Notes: generated by a model not told the origin, from the sequence alone. A stretch of 64,000 nucleotides of DNA from Trichoplax adhaerens (GCF_000150275.1 NW_002060945.1:73872-137871); one strand, 5' to 3'. Counted from the stretch's first letter, positions 1 to 13,454 are shown. Program-made: numbers and translations.

Positions 1-1119
1 TCACTTATTAAAAAATAGATCCAGTTCTAAATAACTATATTCAAGTTGCATTTAAAATTTAGAGAATGGTAACTATCCTTTATCGTTCTGCAATTAGCAA
101 GCTAAACTAAAATGATACCTGTTAAAATTACCAAAATCTTCACAGAAAATACAGCATTGTTACAGGAAAGAGTAGAAAAGGTTATTCTATGAACCTGAAA
201 TACGGTGTATATTACTCTAATGGATATTCCTAGTTGCTAATTAATTCATTTATCTATACCTATATAGTATTCGCAAATTAACGGTGCTTTGTAAATTTGT
301 CGTAAAGTGTTCTACAAGTAACTTATGTACATATATCGTATATACGCATAGTTGTGTCAGAGCCATTAAAATAATTTTCAGCATCTCATTGATGCTACGA
401 TAAATCCTTGGATCAGTAATGCATTTAGTATCGGATTGGAAAGTCAATAGTTATAACTAATAGTAAATCATTAAATGGACGATGAATTGCTATAGATAAC
501 TATCGTAGAAGTTTAATAATCAGAACGACGTTAGATTATTAAGAAAAATTTTCCTTGTTTTTGCTGCGCTAATATGAATCATTTTCGCTTAAGGTCTATA
601 CCACTATTAGGAAAGATGAATGAAATGTTCTAAGTCTACTAATCAAATTCTAACTGTAGTGTATTTAGAATATACTGTAACTTTATTCTACTCTTAAATA
701 TAGACATGTTGTATTGATCTTATATTTAGACATATCTACAGTCTGTTCGCTCTACATTCAAATATGGCTTACTACATTTAGTTATTACAGTCCTCGCTAT
801 TTTCTACAATCATCTGCTATTTTATAACCTGTTATGGTATATGTTGTATCTAATCCTACAATCATGTTCTCTGCATGTGTTCTAATACCTTAGCTATAAA
901 TACAGCTGTTTTCTACCTTAGATTTGTTATGTTGCATTATTAGTCACAGTTAATATTCACACTTTACTCACGGCAGCTACCACGCTGACCTACCGTAATT
1001 ATCACACTGTACCTAACTACAATCTACAATAAAGTATCCTCTTTTCTTAAGCTCCTTGTGCAATTCTCTGCATGGCAACTAAAACCACATTATCTGACAC
1101 TTCGAACCCTCCATCACAC

Positions 1120-3200
1120 TAACAATATCGGTGATGCCAAGACTCTAAGAAAATGATGTAGATTTCCGTTATGGGAATAATTTTATTCATAATTAGCAGC
1201 GTTACTGTTGCCAGTAAGATTACAAATCAAGTTCTGACAACATCAGTAATGCCAAGATTCTAAGAAAATGGCTTCAATTTCCGTAATGTAAATAACTTTA
1301 TTCATAATTAGCAGTATTACTGTTGCCAGTAAGACTACAAATCAAGTTCTGACAACATCAGTAATACCAAGATTCTAATAGAATGATTTCGATTTCCGTT
1401 ACGTCAATAACTTTATTCGTATAAGAGTTACTATTGCCATTAAATCAGTATCATCTAATAATAACAGTAAGGATAATGTCTAAAGTTTAAGAGAATTACT
1501 TTTCAGCTTCCATTACATGAATAATTCCAGCCATGGTTAGCATTACTAAAGCTACGGAACATGGCAACATAATATTGGTCCGACAATAATTTGAAGAATG
1601 AAATATTAGAATTTAGAGAAAACTTTTTGAAAATTTTAATTTCCGCTGCATGAATAATTCTAATTAAAGCTTGGAAGTAAGAATTAAATGAATATTAAAC
1701 TACTGTCCGAGCTATAATAGTTATGGTGATGTCGAAATTGTCGATAGATTATTGATACTTTAATTGAAAAAACAATTCTAGTCAGAGTGTGCAAGGAAGG
1801 ATTGGATCTATATTTAAAATACTGCCTGACTAATAACTTTAATTGTATTGTAAAAAATTTAAGAAAGCTAATTTACAATTTCTACTAGATGAATTATTTT
1901 AGCCATTCTGAACATCGATATTGCCAAGAAAAGAATTATTTTGATCGAATAATAATAGCCAAGAGCAATATTACAATTCGAAAAAGCAATATAAAAAATA
2001 GTTACAGTATACCATATATATAGTTTTGCTTAATGAAGTAATAGTAAATGGCTGGTATGATAAAATGGTCTACTCATATTTTGATAACTCTAGTTTTGAG
2101 TTAGTGAATTACGAACTTAACAGGGTTAAAAATTCATTCACTACAATACTAATTAAGATTACAAGAAAAGATTGAGTCAATATTAGTACATTGATCGAAT
2201 AATAAGCGAAGAATAAATTCAAAATTTCGTGAAAACTACTATACTGATTCATTTCCACTTCCGCTGTGTGAATAATTTTAGCCAGAATTTGTCAGCAGGG
2301 ACTGAATCAGCATTAAAATGCTAACTGAATTATTTAATACCATAGTTATTAGAGAAATAGAACTTTAAGAAATTGTCATTAGTTTCCCTTACATAAATGA
2401 TTATAGTCACTTTTAACAGTACTACTGCCAAAGAAAGTAGCAGTATTGAAATACTGATCGAATGATGGCAGTAAGTAACTTTAGAAGTTTGAGAAAACTA
2501 CTGATTAATTTCTGTTACATAAATGATTTGACTGGATGGTTAATATTATTATTGTAAAGGGATGAATTACTCTAAAATTTTGATCAAATTATACGAGTAA
2601 TGTGGAGAATCATTTTTAATTTCCGATGCATGAATAATTATTCTGGATAGCTAGTATTTACAACTGCCGTAGAATAAATTATGACTAAAGTTCTGATCAA
2701 GAGTAATAGAATTTTGAGAAATTGGCATCAATTTTCATATATAAACAATTTTAGCCACGTTTAGCATTACTACAACCAAAGCATAGGTATTAAAATGCTT
2801 ATTAAATGATGGCAGTGAGTAGCTTTAGAAGTTTGAGAAGACTACTAATTAATTTCTATTGCATAAGTAATTTGACTAGATGATTAATCTTATTATTGTA
2901 AAGAGATAAATTGTTTTAAAGTTTTGATCAAGTTATAAGAGCAATGTGGAGAATTATTTTTAATTTCCATTGCATGAATAATTTTACCGGATGGTTAATA
3001 TTACAACTGCCGTGGAACGAGTTCATATTAAAATTCTGTTCAAGATTATAGAAGTACGAGTTATATCGGAATCATAGGGAATTGCTTTTCAATTTCCATC
3101 ACCGAAGTGATATATTATCGGATAATTAATAGTGCTGCTGGGTACAAAATGGATAAACTCCAAATCCTGATGGCTAGGGACAAAAGCATCCCAACTTTAA
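1120..3200. repeat. Degenerate tandem array, ~115-125 bp unit, roughly 15+ copies
   Basis: The anchor ATTTCC(G/A)T...GAATAATT recurs at 1162, 1277 and 1392 (period 115, near-identical first units) and in decayed form near 1507, 1639, 1877, 2257, 2381, 2507, 2618, 2730, 2851, 2962 and 3091. Block ~2460-2700 matches ~2805-3045 (ATGATGGCAGT.AGTA.CTTTAGAAGTTTGAGAA.ACTACT.ATTAATTTCT). No ORF. Confidence 0.8.
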
Positions 3201-3460
3201 AAAAATCTCTCAACTTCTGAAGTATTTATCATCGTTACTGCTATTGAATTGATCAGTATTAAATCCTAATCGAACCGGTACATAAACTCAAGAATGAGTA
3301 ATATAATGGCCTTGAAATGAACTCCTCTCATTGCGTTATATTAGTATCAATCCTGTTTAATCAATAGCTAGTTACTACCGAAGAATTAATGATAGAGTGG
3401 TGTAATGCTGGGATAATTTAAATTAAATGAGAGAAAAGCGTTAGCGACATTTCTCTTTAC

Positions 3461-3617
3461 GATAAATTATGCTCAAGATAATAAGAAGTTCATTTTATTC
3501 ATCATTTTTTCCTTGACGGTAAATTATGCTCAAGACAGTAAGGAGTTCTTTTTATTCTTTACATTTCGCTGTACAGTAAATTGTGCTCAAAACAGTCAGG
3601 AATTCTTTTATTCTTTA
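3461..3617. repeat. Three tandem copies of a ~57 bp unit
   Basis: TAAATT(A/G)TGCTCAA..A.A.T.AG.A.TTC.TTT(T)ATTC starts at 3463, 3520 and 3577. Confidence 0.8.
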
Positions 3618-3704
3618 AAAGAAAATGATCAATCTATCAATGACATAAGAGTCAACAGATAATCCTCTACAATAGTAATCGAACGATCAATAAGTTGGTT
3701 CAGA

Positions 3705-4688
3705 TCATCTCTTTGCATTCGTATAAATCATTTTACCAACAGCTTGAAGAAATGAGGATTCATGCTGTGTATATGTGTTACTTTTCCGACCTATTCGACG
3801 ACAAAGTGCTATTATACGTGAAGTAACAAAAGCAGTCCGAATGTTATTGTTAAAGAAGCCGTAGAGAATTGGATTAAATATAGGGTAAAAAAAGGCGAAA
3901 TAACGAAAGACGGGAATAGTATTTTGGGATATGGCAGTTTTGTCACCTGCAACAGAGTAGACGAAAAAGGTAATCACATAAGGCAACCACATGACAGTAA
4001 AGACGGCAACAATAATAGATAGACGACGAGCAGCTTTAACATTTCTCACTTTAATCCGACAAGAATGGCTAATTTTAGCTTCCATATGTAACTTGTTTAA
4101 TTGTTGATTAGCGATGTGGAAGACGTAGGTATAGCACAATAACATGCATGCTAAGGGAACGAAAAATAATAAACTAAATACAGCGATTAGGTAATCGATT
4201 TCTGTCGTTGAATTACTCACTGATCTTTTACAATCAGGCGGTGATAATTGACGAAATGTTATAAAGGGTAAAACAGCGACGAAAGCAGGAATCAACCAAA
4301 TTAAAATGATGCCTACCAATGATGCATTGATGGTTGCAAATTTGATATATTTGAATGGATACAAAATAGCAAAGAGTTTATCTAAGCTGATGAGAACAAG
4401 ATGAAGATTGAGGATAGTGATAAAAAAGATACCAATCTGGGGCAAGATAGAGCAAAAGAGCCAATTTTGAGAGGTATAATTAACAAACGCCCAACGTGGT
4501 AGAATGTACAATAATGACCAAAGGATTCCAGTTGCACACATGCTTATCACGACAGTATTACTAAAGTTCCATAATTTTCGATTAAAACATATAATTCCTA
4601 ACAGGATAGCGTTGACAATAATAGTTAACGTACCATTAAGTAACCAAATAATTTCATTAACAGTAAATGTGGAAGAGTTGGAATTCAT
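3705..4688 (-). CDS. Rhodopsin-class (class A) orphan GPCR, intronless CDS
   Basis: Seven hydrophobic segments, TM1 VN, Cys at the top of TM3 plus an ECL2 Cys, SLDKLFAI at the DRY position, TM5 FFVP, TM6 MWLPY, TM7 NPILY, and an N-terminal NSS glycosylation site. The first ATG is at 4688 (MNSNSS); the ORF-track start at 4766 is not an ATG. Confidence 0.92.
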   Translation of the reverse strand: MNSNSSTFTVNEIIWLLNGTLTIIVNAILLGIICFNRKLWNFSNTVVISMCATGILWSLLYILPRWAFVNYTSQNWLFCSILPQIGIFFITILNLHLVLISLDKLFAILYPFKYIKFATINASLVGIILIWLIPAFVAVLPFITFRQLSPPDCKRSVSNSTTEIDYLIAVFSLLFFVPLACMLLCYTYVFHIANQQLNKLHMEAKISHSCRIKVRNVKAARRLSIIVAVFTVMWLPYVITFFVYSVAGDKTAISQNTIPVFRYFAFFYPIFNPILYGFFNNNIRTAFVTSRIIALCRRIGRKSNTYTQHESSFLQAVGKMIYTNAKR

Positions 4689-7600
4689 GATATCAATGAG
4701 GATAAGGATGAGAAAATAATAGGATAGGGTACAGTCAGAGCGAAATTGAAACAAGCTGATCAACAATTGCTCATATAATTTTGAATATCAATGATTACAA
4801 AATTGAATTCAGTTGATCACTTACAATCTTTAAATATTAACACTGCTAGACTACAATTTGTAAATAATTGGTGTTGTTAGTAAAAATATTCAAGCTATGA
4901 TAGCAATTGAAATGAATAGAGATGACTACAGAGATGAATAATTAAGAGATACAGAATGAAGATCTATGATCTTTCTTTTCAGCTGTACCGAATTAATTCT
5001 ATTTAAACTTCTTTTAAAAGTTAAGTTTGTCTTACCAGCAATCGATGACTCTAGTAAAGTTGGTTGATATTATTATTTAGCTCTAACTGTAATGAATCCA
5101 ATCTTATTCCAAATTTTTCCTTTAAGGTTAAAGTGTATCTTATGAACTTTTTTAAATGATTATCGTAACCTTGATGTCAATGTTGAAGTACGAGTATATA
5201 TGCAACATTGCAATGATAGAAACCAGATAATGGAATGGATATAAGATACTCCATCTATTTGTAAAAGTATCTATTTTTGCTCGTAAAGATAATAATTATT
5301 ATTATTTATTATTGATTGCACCTGTCAGATGGCGAGGCTAAAATTATAATTAATACATTTTGATGATTTTTTGGTGTTTCGTCTACTTGATTACTAAAGT
5401 AAAATCAACAATTAAAATTAATTTTTGTCCTTATTCAATTTTTATTAATCTACAATCATTTATTATTTTATCTAAACATTCTTCTTCTTGTATGCTTATA
5501 TAAGGGAACTGACATCAATGTCACCATGGTATCCAATATCCATAGATTGCTAATTATTCACAATAATTTGAGGACATTTAATTTGTTTTTTTTTTCAAGT
5601 TTACCATTTAATCTAATTGAACATGGGAATATCGATGATCACCTATAATTAACCTATTCAATACTCTTCCTTCCTTTTCTCTCTATCTGTGCATGAATCT
5701 ATTGGGTTTCAATAGCTGTAATGACTACTATGGTGACAGTGAATGCTTCTCATTAATAATTTCCATTGTACAAATATGTTGACCTTTTTCAGACTATTTA
5801 TTTATGTATCGATACTATAATACTGAAATTGATCGATTCAATTCACTTACAAGCATTGCAGACATGTAGTAATACATAAAATTATAATTCTATTTACGTT
5901 GATGGAGTATTTTTTTAACCCTTTCCAAATGCTGTATTCAATTTTTTAATCCTGATTACACGTGCTTACAGGTAACACTTACAACTAATAAAATTAATTA
6001 TGCATGAAGAAAAACTTTTGATTTTTATCCAAGATTGAAGAAATACAATGATATTGATCAATTTCTGCCTTATAAATTCTATACTAATTCGAATAGCGTC
6101 TTGATATGAATACAATCAATGTTCAACTACAGACTGTTATTATTATCGAAAGAATAGACTTTATCAATCCATCACATGGCTAAATATCTTCCATACGGAG
6201 TTATAATCGTGAGATTAAAGTATAATAGTTACTGTGCGTATTAATTCTATGTCGCTTTCAATGTCTTTTGAAGTCAATGGAATAATCACGCATTAGCATA
6301 ACGACCTATCCATACTTTATTCTATGCTAATTTAAACGTTCACTTAATATCAAATTAGTAACCATAGGCTGTATACAGATTAGCGTCAACATTTCTATTC
6401 TATACATTCTAAAGTGGTTTAGATATTTCTAGATATCTACATAGTATTATAAACCTTCCTGTTAATTATGGCAAAATAGATTAACTCGCTCAGATATTCT
6501 TTTGCTATTGCTGCAATGATTATAAACTATAGGATAATGATAAATTCATAAACTATTATAATAATTTCATAAATTTGCTATCGTTAAGAGAGAAAATTGC
6601 ATAATATGTTCATAATTGAGAATTTCAAAATAGTAACGATGTCACGTGTGTGCATTTATGCTTCCTTTGTAATTTTATGTAACAGATTTAGAAAGAATGA
6701 ATAACAGTCAAATCTCTTTCTAGATTCAGAATTCAGGAAGTATGCAACAAAGTAGTTATTATAATATATAAACATTCTTTCCTTATATGGTCTTGTTTAA
6801 AAATAGATTGAAATAGCGATTGATTTGCATATATTACAGGCATCATTGCAATTTAAATGCGATTTCTGTCTGATAACTAATTTGTAATACTTGCAATTCA
6901 GAATGCCCGGCAATTGCGTCCGATTTATTTATATAGTAGATATATTTATTTGTTTATTACAACGTCTTGATTACATTTAAATTGAATGATGATCGTTAAC
7001 TGATTTAACCAAATATTTATTTATTATTTTGAAATGAAAGAATATTTGTCAAATCGACCGTAGATCTGCTGCCTAGATTGACTCTCAAAATAAAATGCAA
7101 TCATTGTTAAATTTGCACTTTCTAGATTACCATAGGCATGACTTGAAGACGATGTAAGAAGAAAGGTATAGTAAACAAGAACAACAATATAATATTCTTT
7201 ATCATCTAACACTTTTCTTGTATTAAAAATACCACAATGATTAGAAAAATTATGCAATAAATTGCTTTAGATGTTACTTGATTTCGAATTCCGAAATTGG
7301 TATTTCTGCTCGATCAAGTCTTTAGTTTGTCATTCTCTTAATGTTGTTTGAAAGGATGAGGTACTATGAATAGGTGATTAAACTTAGAAGTTACAAGAAT
7401 CTTGTTACGAAGTCGACGGTATATGTTACGATAAATCAATAAACGTATTTTCGTAATATGCGTATTATTGAATGTTACCACCAAAATATAAAAGCAATCC
7501 AGTTTCCAAACATACCTTGGCAATACGGAATATTATATAGCCAATTCGTTACTTAACTGACCGATATGAAAATGCTATTTGTCTGTGTTAGGGATAATTA

Positions 7601-7959
7601 GATGTTATTTAGTCAGAATTGAAAACAGTTACCCTTTCACCGCAGTTGCGTAATAGGCGATCACTAGTATCTATTTAATGATTGTAAGATATTGTCTAAT
7701 AAAAGTTAGAAATACTGTATATTTTGGTTGTCAAAGTGTAATAGCTTATCAATACTCAATATAATCGGATAAGCAATAGATACTATTTCAAAGATTGAAA
7801 AAGCTGCAACAACTAGAATAAAGATTCAGCTATATTTTTGAATAGTGTCTAGAATAATGAAATTGAAGTTAGAACAATTGCCAAATTAAATCAGTCCATT
7901 ACAAGTATATTATTTTCTTAAAGGACGATAAAACTTTATCTCTTCAACATTAGAATAGT

Positions 7960-8295
7960 TACTGAAAGATTACCTAAAAATTCAATAATATGTTGTAGTG
8001 ATTACAAGATGTGCCCAATCAAAGTTAAATTAAGTATTATCAAACTCTGGCATCGAAATAAGCAATTTACAGTAGATATTTAGTTATATCTTTATAATTG
8101 CGATATTATAAATTCGAAATTAAGATGGTTACCAAATTACGCTAGTCTATTAAAAGAGTAATAATAACTTCTTAGGGGAAGATAAGGCCTTATCTAGTCA
8201 AAATTTTAAAAACTACTGAAAGATGGCCCAAAATTTGATGCCTTTTAGTGATTACATGATATATTTAATCAAAGTTGAGTTAATCATTATCAAAG
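7960..8295. repeat. Old local direct duplication (~250 bp spacing)
   Basis: TAGTGATTACA.GAT.....AATCAAAGTT...TTAA..ATTATCAAA occurs at ~7996 and ~8246. Confidence 0.55.
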
Positions 8296-9959
8296 ACGAA
8301 AACTCTAATCTACATGCAATAATCCGCCTACCTATACATTATTAAAACAAATTGTTGCTATAGCATTACTAATACCAATATCTATTTCTTGTATAAAATA
8401 GTCAAAGTTTACGTCTGTACTACTAACATTATCGAACTATAAAGTAATTTGATAGGCGTAAAAGGATGAATCTATTTATATCCAATCGAGAAAAGCTTTC
8501 GAAATATCGTAAAGATATCTTCTTATTGCCAATCTCCAACTATGGACAAATACAAGTATATATTATTTATGACTACATTAATAGTAAATGATATATATAC
8601 ATCAATTTGAAATAAATATTGATAGTGAATAGGTAATCATTGTAATTACTGTAGAATATGCTATTTGAATGATTATCGTACTAATAGGAATTAATTATCA
8701 TGGCAACGAAATGTAATTATTTCGATGTAAGCGATATCAATTATTCGTATAGAAGAAACGAATAGATAATTAAGTATCAATTTAAGAATAGATACTATCG
8801 ATATTATGTCACAGTCATCAAAATAACTTAGATATAGGTTAAGGCTAAGTTGTGTGATAGCTTTATATGGTATATTGTGTTGAGCGAGTTAGTACTTCGT
8901 AAGGATTCCAGCTACGATACCGTAGGCTAGGGAAGTAGTTCTGCGGATTAAAGTAATGTTTATTATAAGTATTGTGCTGCTTTCTTGTGTAACAAAAGTC
9001 GTTGTGGCATATTGCTATTTTTACCACTGACTACTCTTGATCAATTGTAAATCAATAATCGTACTGGTTCCTTCTCTTATGGTATTAAAAAATACATTAT
9101 CAAATGTCGAATTGAAAAACTAGAACGGTATAGGATTCAGATATATTCTATGCTAACATTATTTATCTCGTGAAAGGTACGTGACAATACAATAGGGTTA
9201 GTGTAATTAAATAGCAAATATACGCTAATAATTTGAGAAAATATTAACATTAAATAAGCTGTAAATTAATTCTTTTTATTTCCTCCCTTGCTGCAGTGAA
9301 TATATGAAGACACCATACAAATAGATACTATCTGGTGATTAGCTAATTTTAAATAATTTTCTTTGCTTTAGACGCCAATATCGAAAATAAAATTTTAATA
9401 GTATCTTACTAATCATCGTGTTCTTGGAAGAAAACTAACTTTTGAACTGTTTTACGTTACTAAAATGTTGAGGGATTTCATTAGTAAATCGAGAGAGTTA
9501 TTGATGGTATAGAAGTAGGATAGGCAAAAATATTAGTTGACCCGCTAATACACGCTTACCTATTTTGGATAGGTGACTGAGATTTAACAGATTGTTTATT
9601 CGAGAAGATCAAACTAATAGTAGACAATAAGTGCTCGCTATTTTATAGCTAATCGAAAACCATTACCAAATTTTAATAATTTCTAGCCTAATATTTTAAG
9701 AATATAAACAATCAAGGCATTTTAATTGCATTTGCTATGATCCAAGATACAAATTAATTTGCCTATCGAATTTCCTAGAAATCTTAATTAGCCTACGATA
9801 CGTAAACTATCTCAAGTCGTTGGTAATAGCTTATTGGGCCTACACTTTGTCCATTATCATAATTTAATGACTGTACCATTTAACCTGTGGGCATTAAATT
9901 TGAGAATGTTATAATTAATATAGTCATTGAATAGTCTTGTAATAAATCTTTAATCGACA

Positions 9960-10380
9960 AAATTACTTGCCGAATTGAGTTGAAGTGGGAGCTGAGCATG
10001 TGAATATTTTCTCTCTTTTAATTATTAGATAACTTTACGGAGTTCTTTTGCAATAGTGAAAGACGAATAAATTATTTACTGCTATAGCAAACCCTTAATA
10101 AAAATCTTTAAAGGTTAAATATTATTCAGCAAATTCAATTGAATTTAAAGTACAGTATATGTGTGTAAAAATTTTCCTCGTTATTACATAGTTTTATGAT
10201 TAAAGAATGCAGTAAGTTCCACGTAGTAGACAATCATAATAAGAAATTTGATCAAGACGTATTGTATTATTTAGCGAATTTACTTGTACTTTGAGCAGAA
10301 CACGTGAATTATTTCTCTCATCATTACGTAAACCTATATACGGTTTCTCTTCTCAAAGCGAAAGAAGATTAAGTTAACAT
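9960..10380. repeat. Old local direct duplication (~310 bp spacing)
   Basis: TTACTTG...GAGC.GA.CA.GTGAAT..TTCTCTC...TACGG..TCT..T.CAA..G.GAAAGA is found twice, at ~9963 and ~10279. Confidence 0.5.
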
Positions 10381-12009
10381 GTGGTAACTATTACAATAAC
10401 ATCGTTGATTATTAACTATAAATACAATATAGTTTTTAATAGATAATATACAATCAAAATTGAAGCTACGTAGCTAAATGTTTCCTTTAGTCATGGCGTA
10501 ATCTTGTAGAGTTTCTCATTAAGGAATGAGGAACAAGTTACTATTTGGTAAATTTATTACGTTCCTATATGATAGGCTCTCAACACACTGCATACTTACC
10601 TATATACATTGGATAAGCCAAAATTTGACGTAAATCTACTAGAAGATTCGTGTGTCATTTGTAAAAACCGCATGCTTACAACATGTTGATTATTACTATG
10701 AGACATTAACCATGAACGATGTCAACTCTTCGCCTGTCCTGGTTTGACTGTTATCACTAGACTACCCAAGTAAATTATTTTGTTTCGCTGACTATTCACT
10801 ACTATAACTATTTGCAGTTGAAATAGAGTGATTAGACAAATGTGGAGATAATACCTAAACTTGATATACGTGATTGTAAAAATGATGCAATTTCTGATTA
10901 GAAACTGTAGTAAATAGTGTTAGATATTACGATATATGTTACATTAGCTATTAGATAGAGCGTCAAGTATGTGATTAGAATATATCGTCTATATAAGTAC
11001 TAATAATATGATGACTAGTATGTAGTCTTGTAATACCGTACATGATTATAGTGTAAAAGGTGGACTGATAATTTATTATATTTATGCGTATGTTGGAAAT
11101 TGAACGATAGCTATAATAGTAATTAGATGTATATGTAAAATGCCACGACGCAAAAAGGCAAAAGGTACACGCTGGAATATCTATAAATACCCAGCATTTT
11201 CAATAATAAAGTTAGTTATAAATCTTACTCGCGTAGTAGAACTCATTGCTTAAAAACATAACAGAAACTGTCACAAAACTGACTTTAAGTTAATAGCGAA
11301 TTATTATTATTATAGATAGATGATATTATGATTATAACCCGTTCCAGCAGAATAAAGTTATCAATGATACTATGAAGTCCATCTGTGTACGAATATGGTA
11401 AAAACGCGTCCATTGTAGCTTTTGTGATTTTTTTAGTTATTACCGTATCATTTGATCAAATACTAAAGTTGAAAATAAGGACTCAATTGTATCGTAGTTT
11501 ATCAATAGAAACTGTCATTATTAAAAGTGAGGCATGTGCAACTAATTAAGAATATTTGTATCAAAAATAATTTTGATATCGTTGATTGGACTAGTTTAGA
11601 AAGGCGTTAGTCAATAAATATCGGTAAGTAACTTCTAATTACTAATGCTGTATTGCTGTATATTGGGCACAAAATAAATTGATTTACCACCTATTGTTGC
11701 TATCTAGGCGATATAGTTTGTCGATCGATTTAACTACTAGAGCATAGATCCACATTAATTTGTTTAATAAATTAGTAAGAATAATAAGCCTTTCTATTTA
11801 TAGGTGATGATTATTAAAGTGACGATTGGACAGGGAATATCCTCTATTGACTAATTTTAATATCATTTGCTTTTAATACCTACCGTATTGGTCAATGATT
11901 GGAATAACCTTTATGGCCGTTACAGTCAATATCCGTTGTTATTCCTATTTACAGTTGTAATACGTGTATAGCGATGTATTAATTAAGTGTACCTTATACT
12001 GGAAAGTTA

Positions 12010-12590
12010 AGCTTGATATGCCCTCGTATTGTGTAACAGGATTGAAATCTACTCGTAAATTCTCGAAGCGTCGATGCGCAACTATATCATTTTGGATGCG
12101 GAATCAATTGCTCCATATACGCGCTCCGTTAATGATGTTTAACCTGTCTTTGCCGAATTCTCGACTAATCTACTGTCTTCGTTCTGTCTGATTTAAGATT
12201 ATCCTAGCTGAAGAGTCGATTAGTTCGTGCACTAGCTCTATTTATGATGTTTTCCTGCATTTCTGTAAGAAGAAATTTTCTTGACCGAATTGTCGATCCG
12301 TCGATGTGTAAGTATGTTGTCTTGGATGCGGAATCGATTGCTTTATACACTAGCTCTATTCATGATGTTTTCTTGTATTTCTATAAGAAGAAACTTTCTT
12401 GACTGAATTCTCGACCCGTTGACAGTATTCATCATGTCTGAACTGCGCTTCTGCAATAGTAAGATTATCCTAGCTACAGAATCGATTACATCATGTACTG
12501 TACTAATCCTCTTCATGATGCTTTCCTTTCTCTTACCCAATTCTTAATCCATCATGTCTGATCAAGATTTTCCTATCGACTTATTACTCG
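12010..12590. repeat. Degenerate tandem array, ~115-130 bp unit
   Basis: TTGGATGCGGAATC.ATTGCT at 12092 and 12322; AAGATTATCCTAGCT at 12195 and 12461; CACTAGCTCTATT.ATGATGTTTTC.TG.ATTTCT.TAAGAAGAAA.TTTCTTGAC.GAATT at ~12229 and ~12348. Confidence 0.75.
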
Positions 12591-12714
12591 ATTGGATCAA
12601 CTACTTTGTAAAATATAGCATGGACATTTTTGGGGGTAAATCTCTCGACCGGTCTACGTCTCTGTCATGATTACAGTGTCATCATCAGACTTGACTACTG
12701 CAGAGAGTTCATCT

Positions 12715-13454
12715 ATAAATACGAGAGCTGGCCAAAGCAGGAGGAACAGCTTTGGTTTCCTGCCCGAACTAGAGCATGGTGCTGTACGAGTAGTTAGGGT
12801 AAAACGTTGACCAATTATGAGCTAGCTGGTCATGGATGATGGATGAATCCATGGTCAAGACCTAATTCCCATCGTAGTTTATATTCAGCTTTGTCTACTA
12901 GAATTATGGTGTTGAAGCTAGGTTAAAACATTGGCCGACGGTGGGCTAGTGATAGACGATGGATGAATCCATGATCGAGATCTGATTCCCAAAGTGGTTT
13001 GTATCCAGGTTTGACTCCTGTACTGCAGATGGATCAGTTGTAAATTATATATCTATATCGCTTGCCGTCGAGATAATCGGTTATTTTGCAAAATGACCGA
13101 TTATCTCGACGTGCAAAATAACCGATTATCTCGACGGTAAACGACATACAGTATATATTAATATAATTATGAACTGTAAATAGGTGACCAAGGCAAGGGA
13201 AAAAGCTTCCGTTTCCTACTCGAGCTATGGTGCCGTAGTTAGGGTAAAAACTTGAACCCACTATGGGCTAGTCGTAGTAATTTGTATTCAGGGTTAACTA
13301 CTAGAGTTGAGCTGTAAATAGCTAGCCAAGGCAAGAATTTAAATTTTTGTTTCGAACTTTAGTGCTGTAGTTCGAGTAAAATTTTGACTGACTATGGGCT
13401 AGTTTAGTCATGGACAATGAATGAGTCCATATTCAAGACCTGATTCCCATAGTA
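12715..13454. repeat. Four degenerate copies of a ~140-180 bp unit immediately 3' of tRNA-Sec
   Basis: Shared blocks (T)GTAAATA..GCCAAGGCA.G, ATGGTGC.GTAGTTAGGGTAAAA, TATGGGCTAG and ATGGATGAATCCAT..TCAAGACCT.ATTCCCA occur in copies starting ~12716, ~12906, ~13171 and ~13309. Confidence 0.8.
13062..13140. repeat. Loopless 46-bp palindrome with a duplicated second arm
   Basis: Arm 13066-13088 CGTCGAGATAATCGGTTATTTTG is followed directly by its reverse complement at 13089-13111 (one mismatch) and by a perfect reverse complement at 13114-13136. Confidence 0.9.

Noticed and set aside
1120-3200. Repeat arrays (also 12010-13454 and 41578-41867) as CRISPR-like loci
   Set aside because: Whole units are homologous with no unique spacers, there are no cas genes, and the context is eukaryotic.
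4689-4766. N-terminal extension of the GPCR in the ORF track
   Set aside because: It starts at TTG; the first ATG (4688) gives a normal short glycosylated N-terminus.
10591-10601. ATACTTACCT resembling the U1 snRNA 5' end
   Set aside because: Similarity stops after 10 nt; it is simply the complement of a splice-donor consensus.
5000-12000. Short ORFs in the long intergenic region upstream of the GPCR
   Set aside because: Non-ATG starts, AT-driven composition, no domain motifs and no consistent exon chain.
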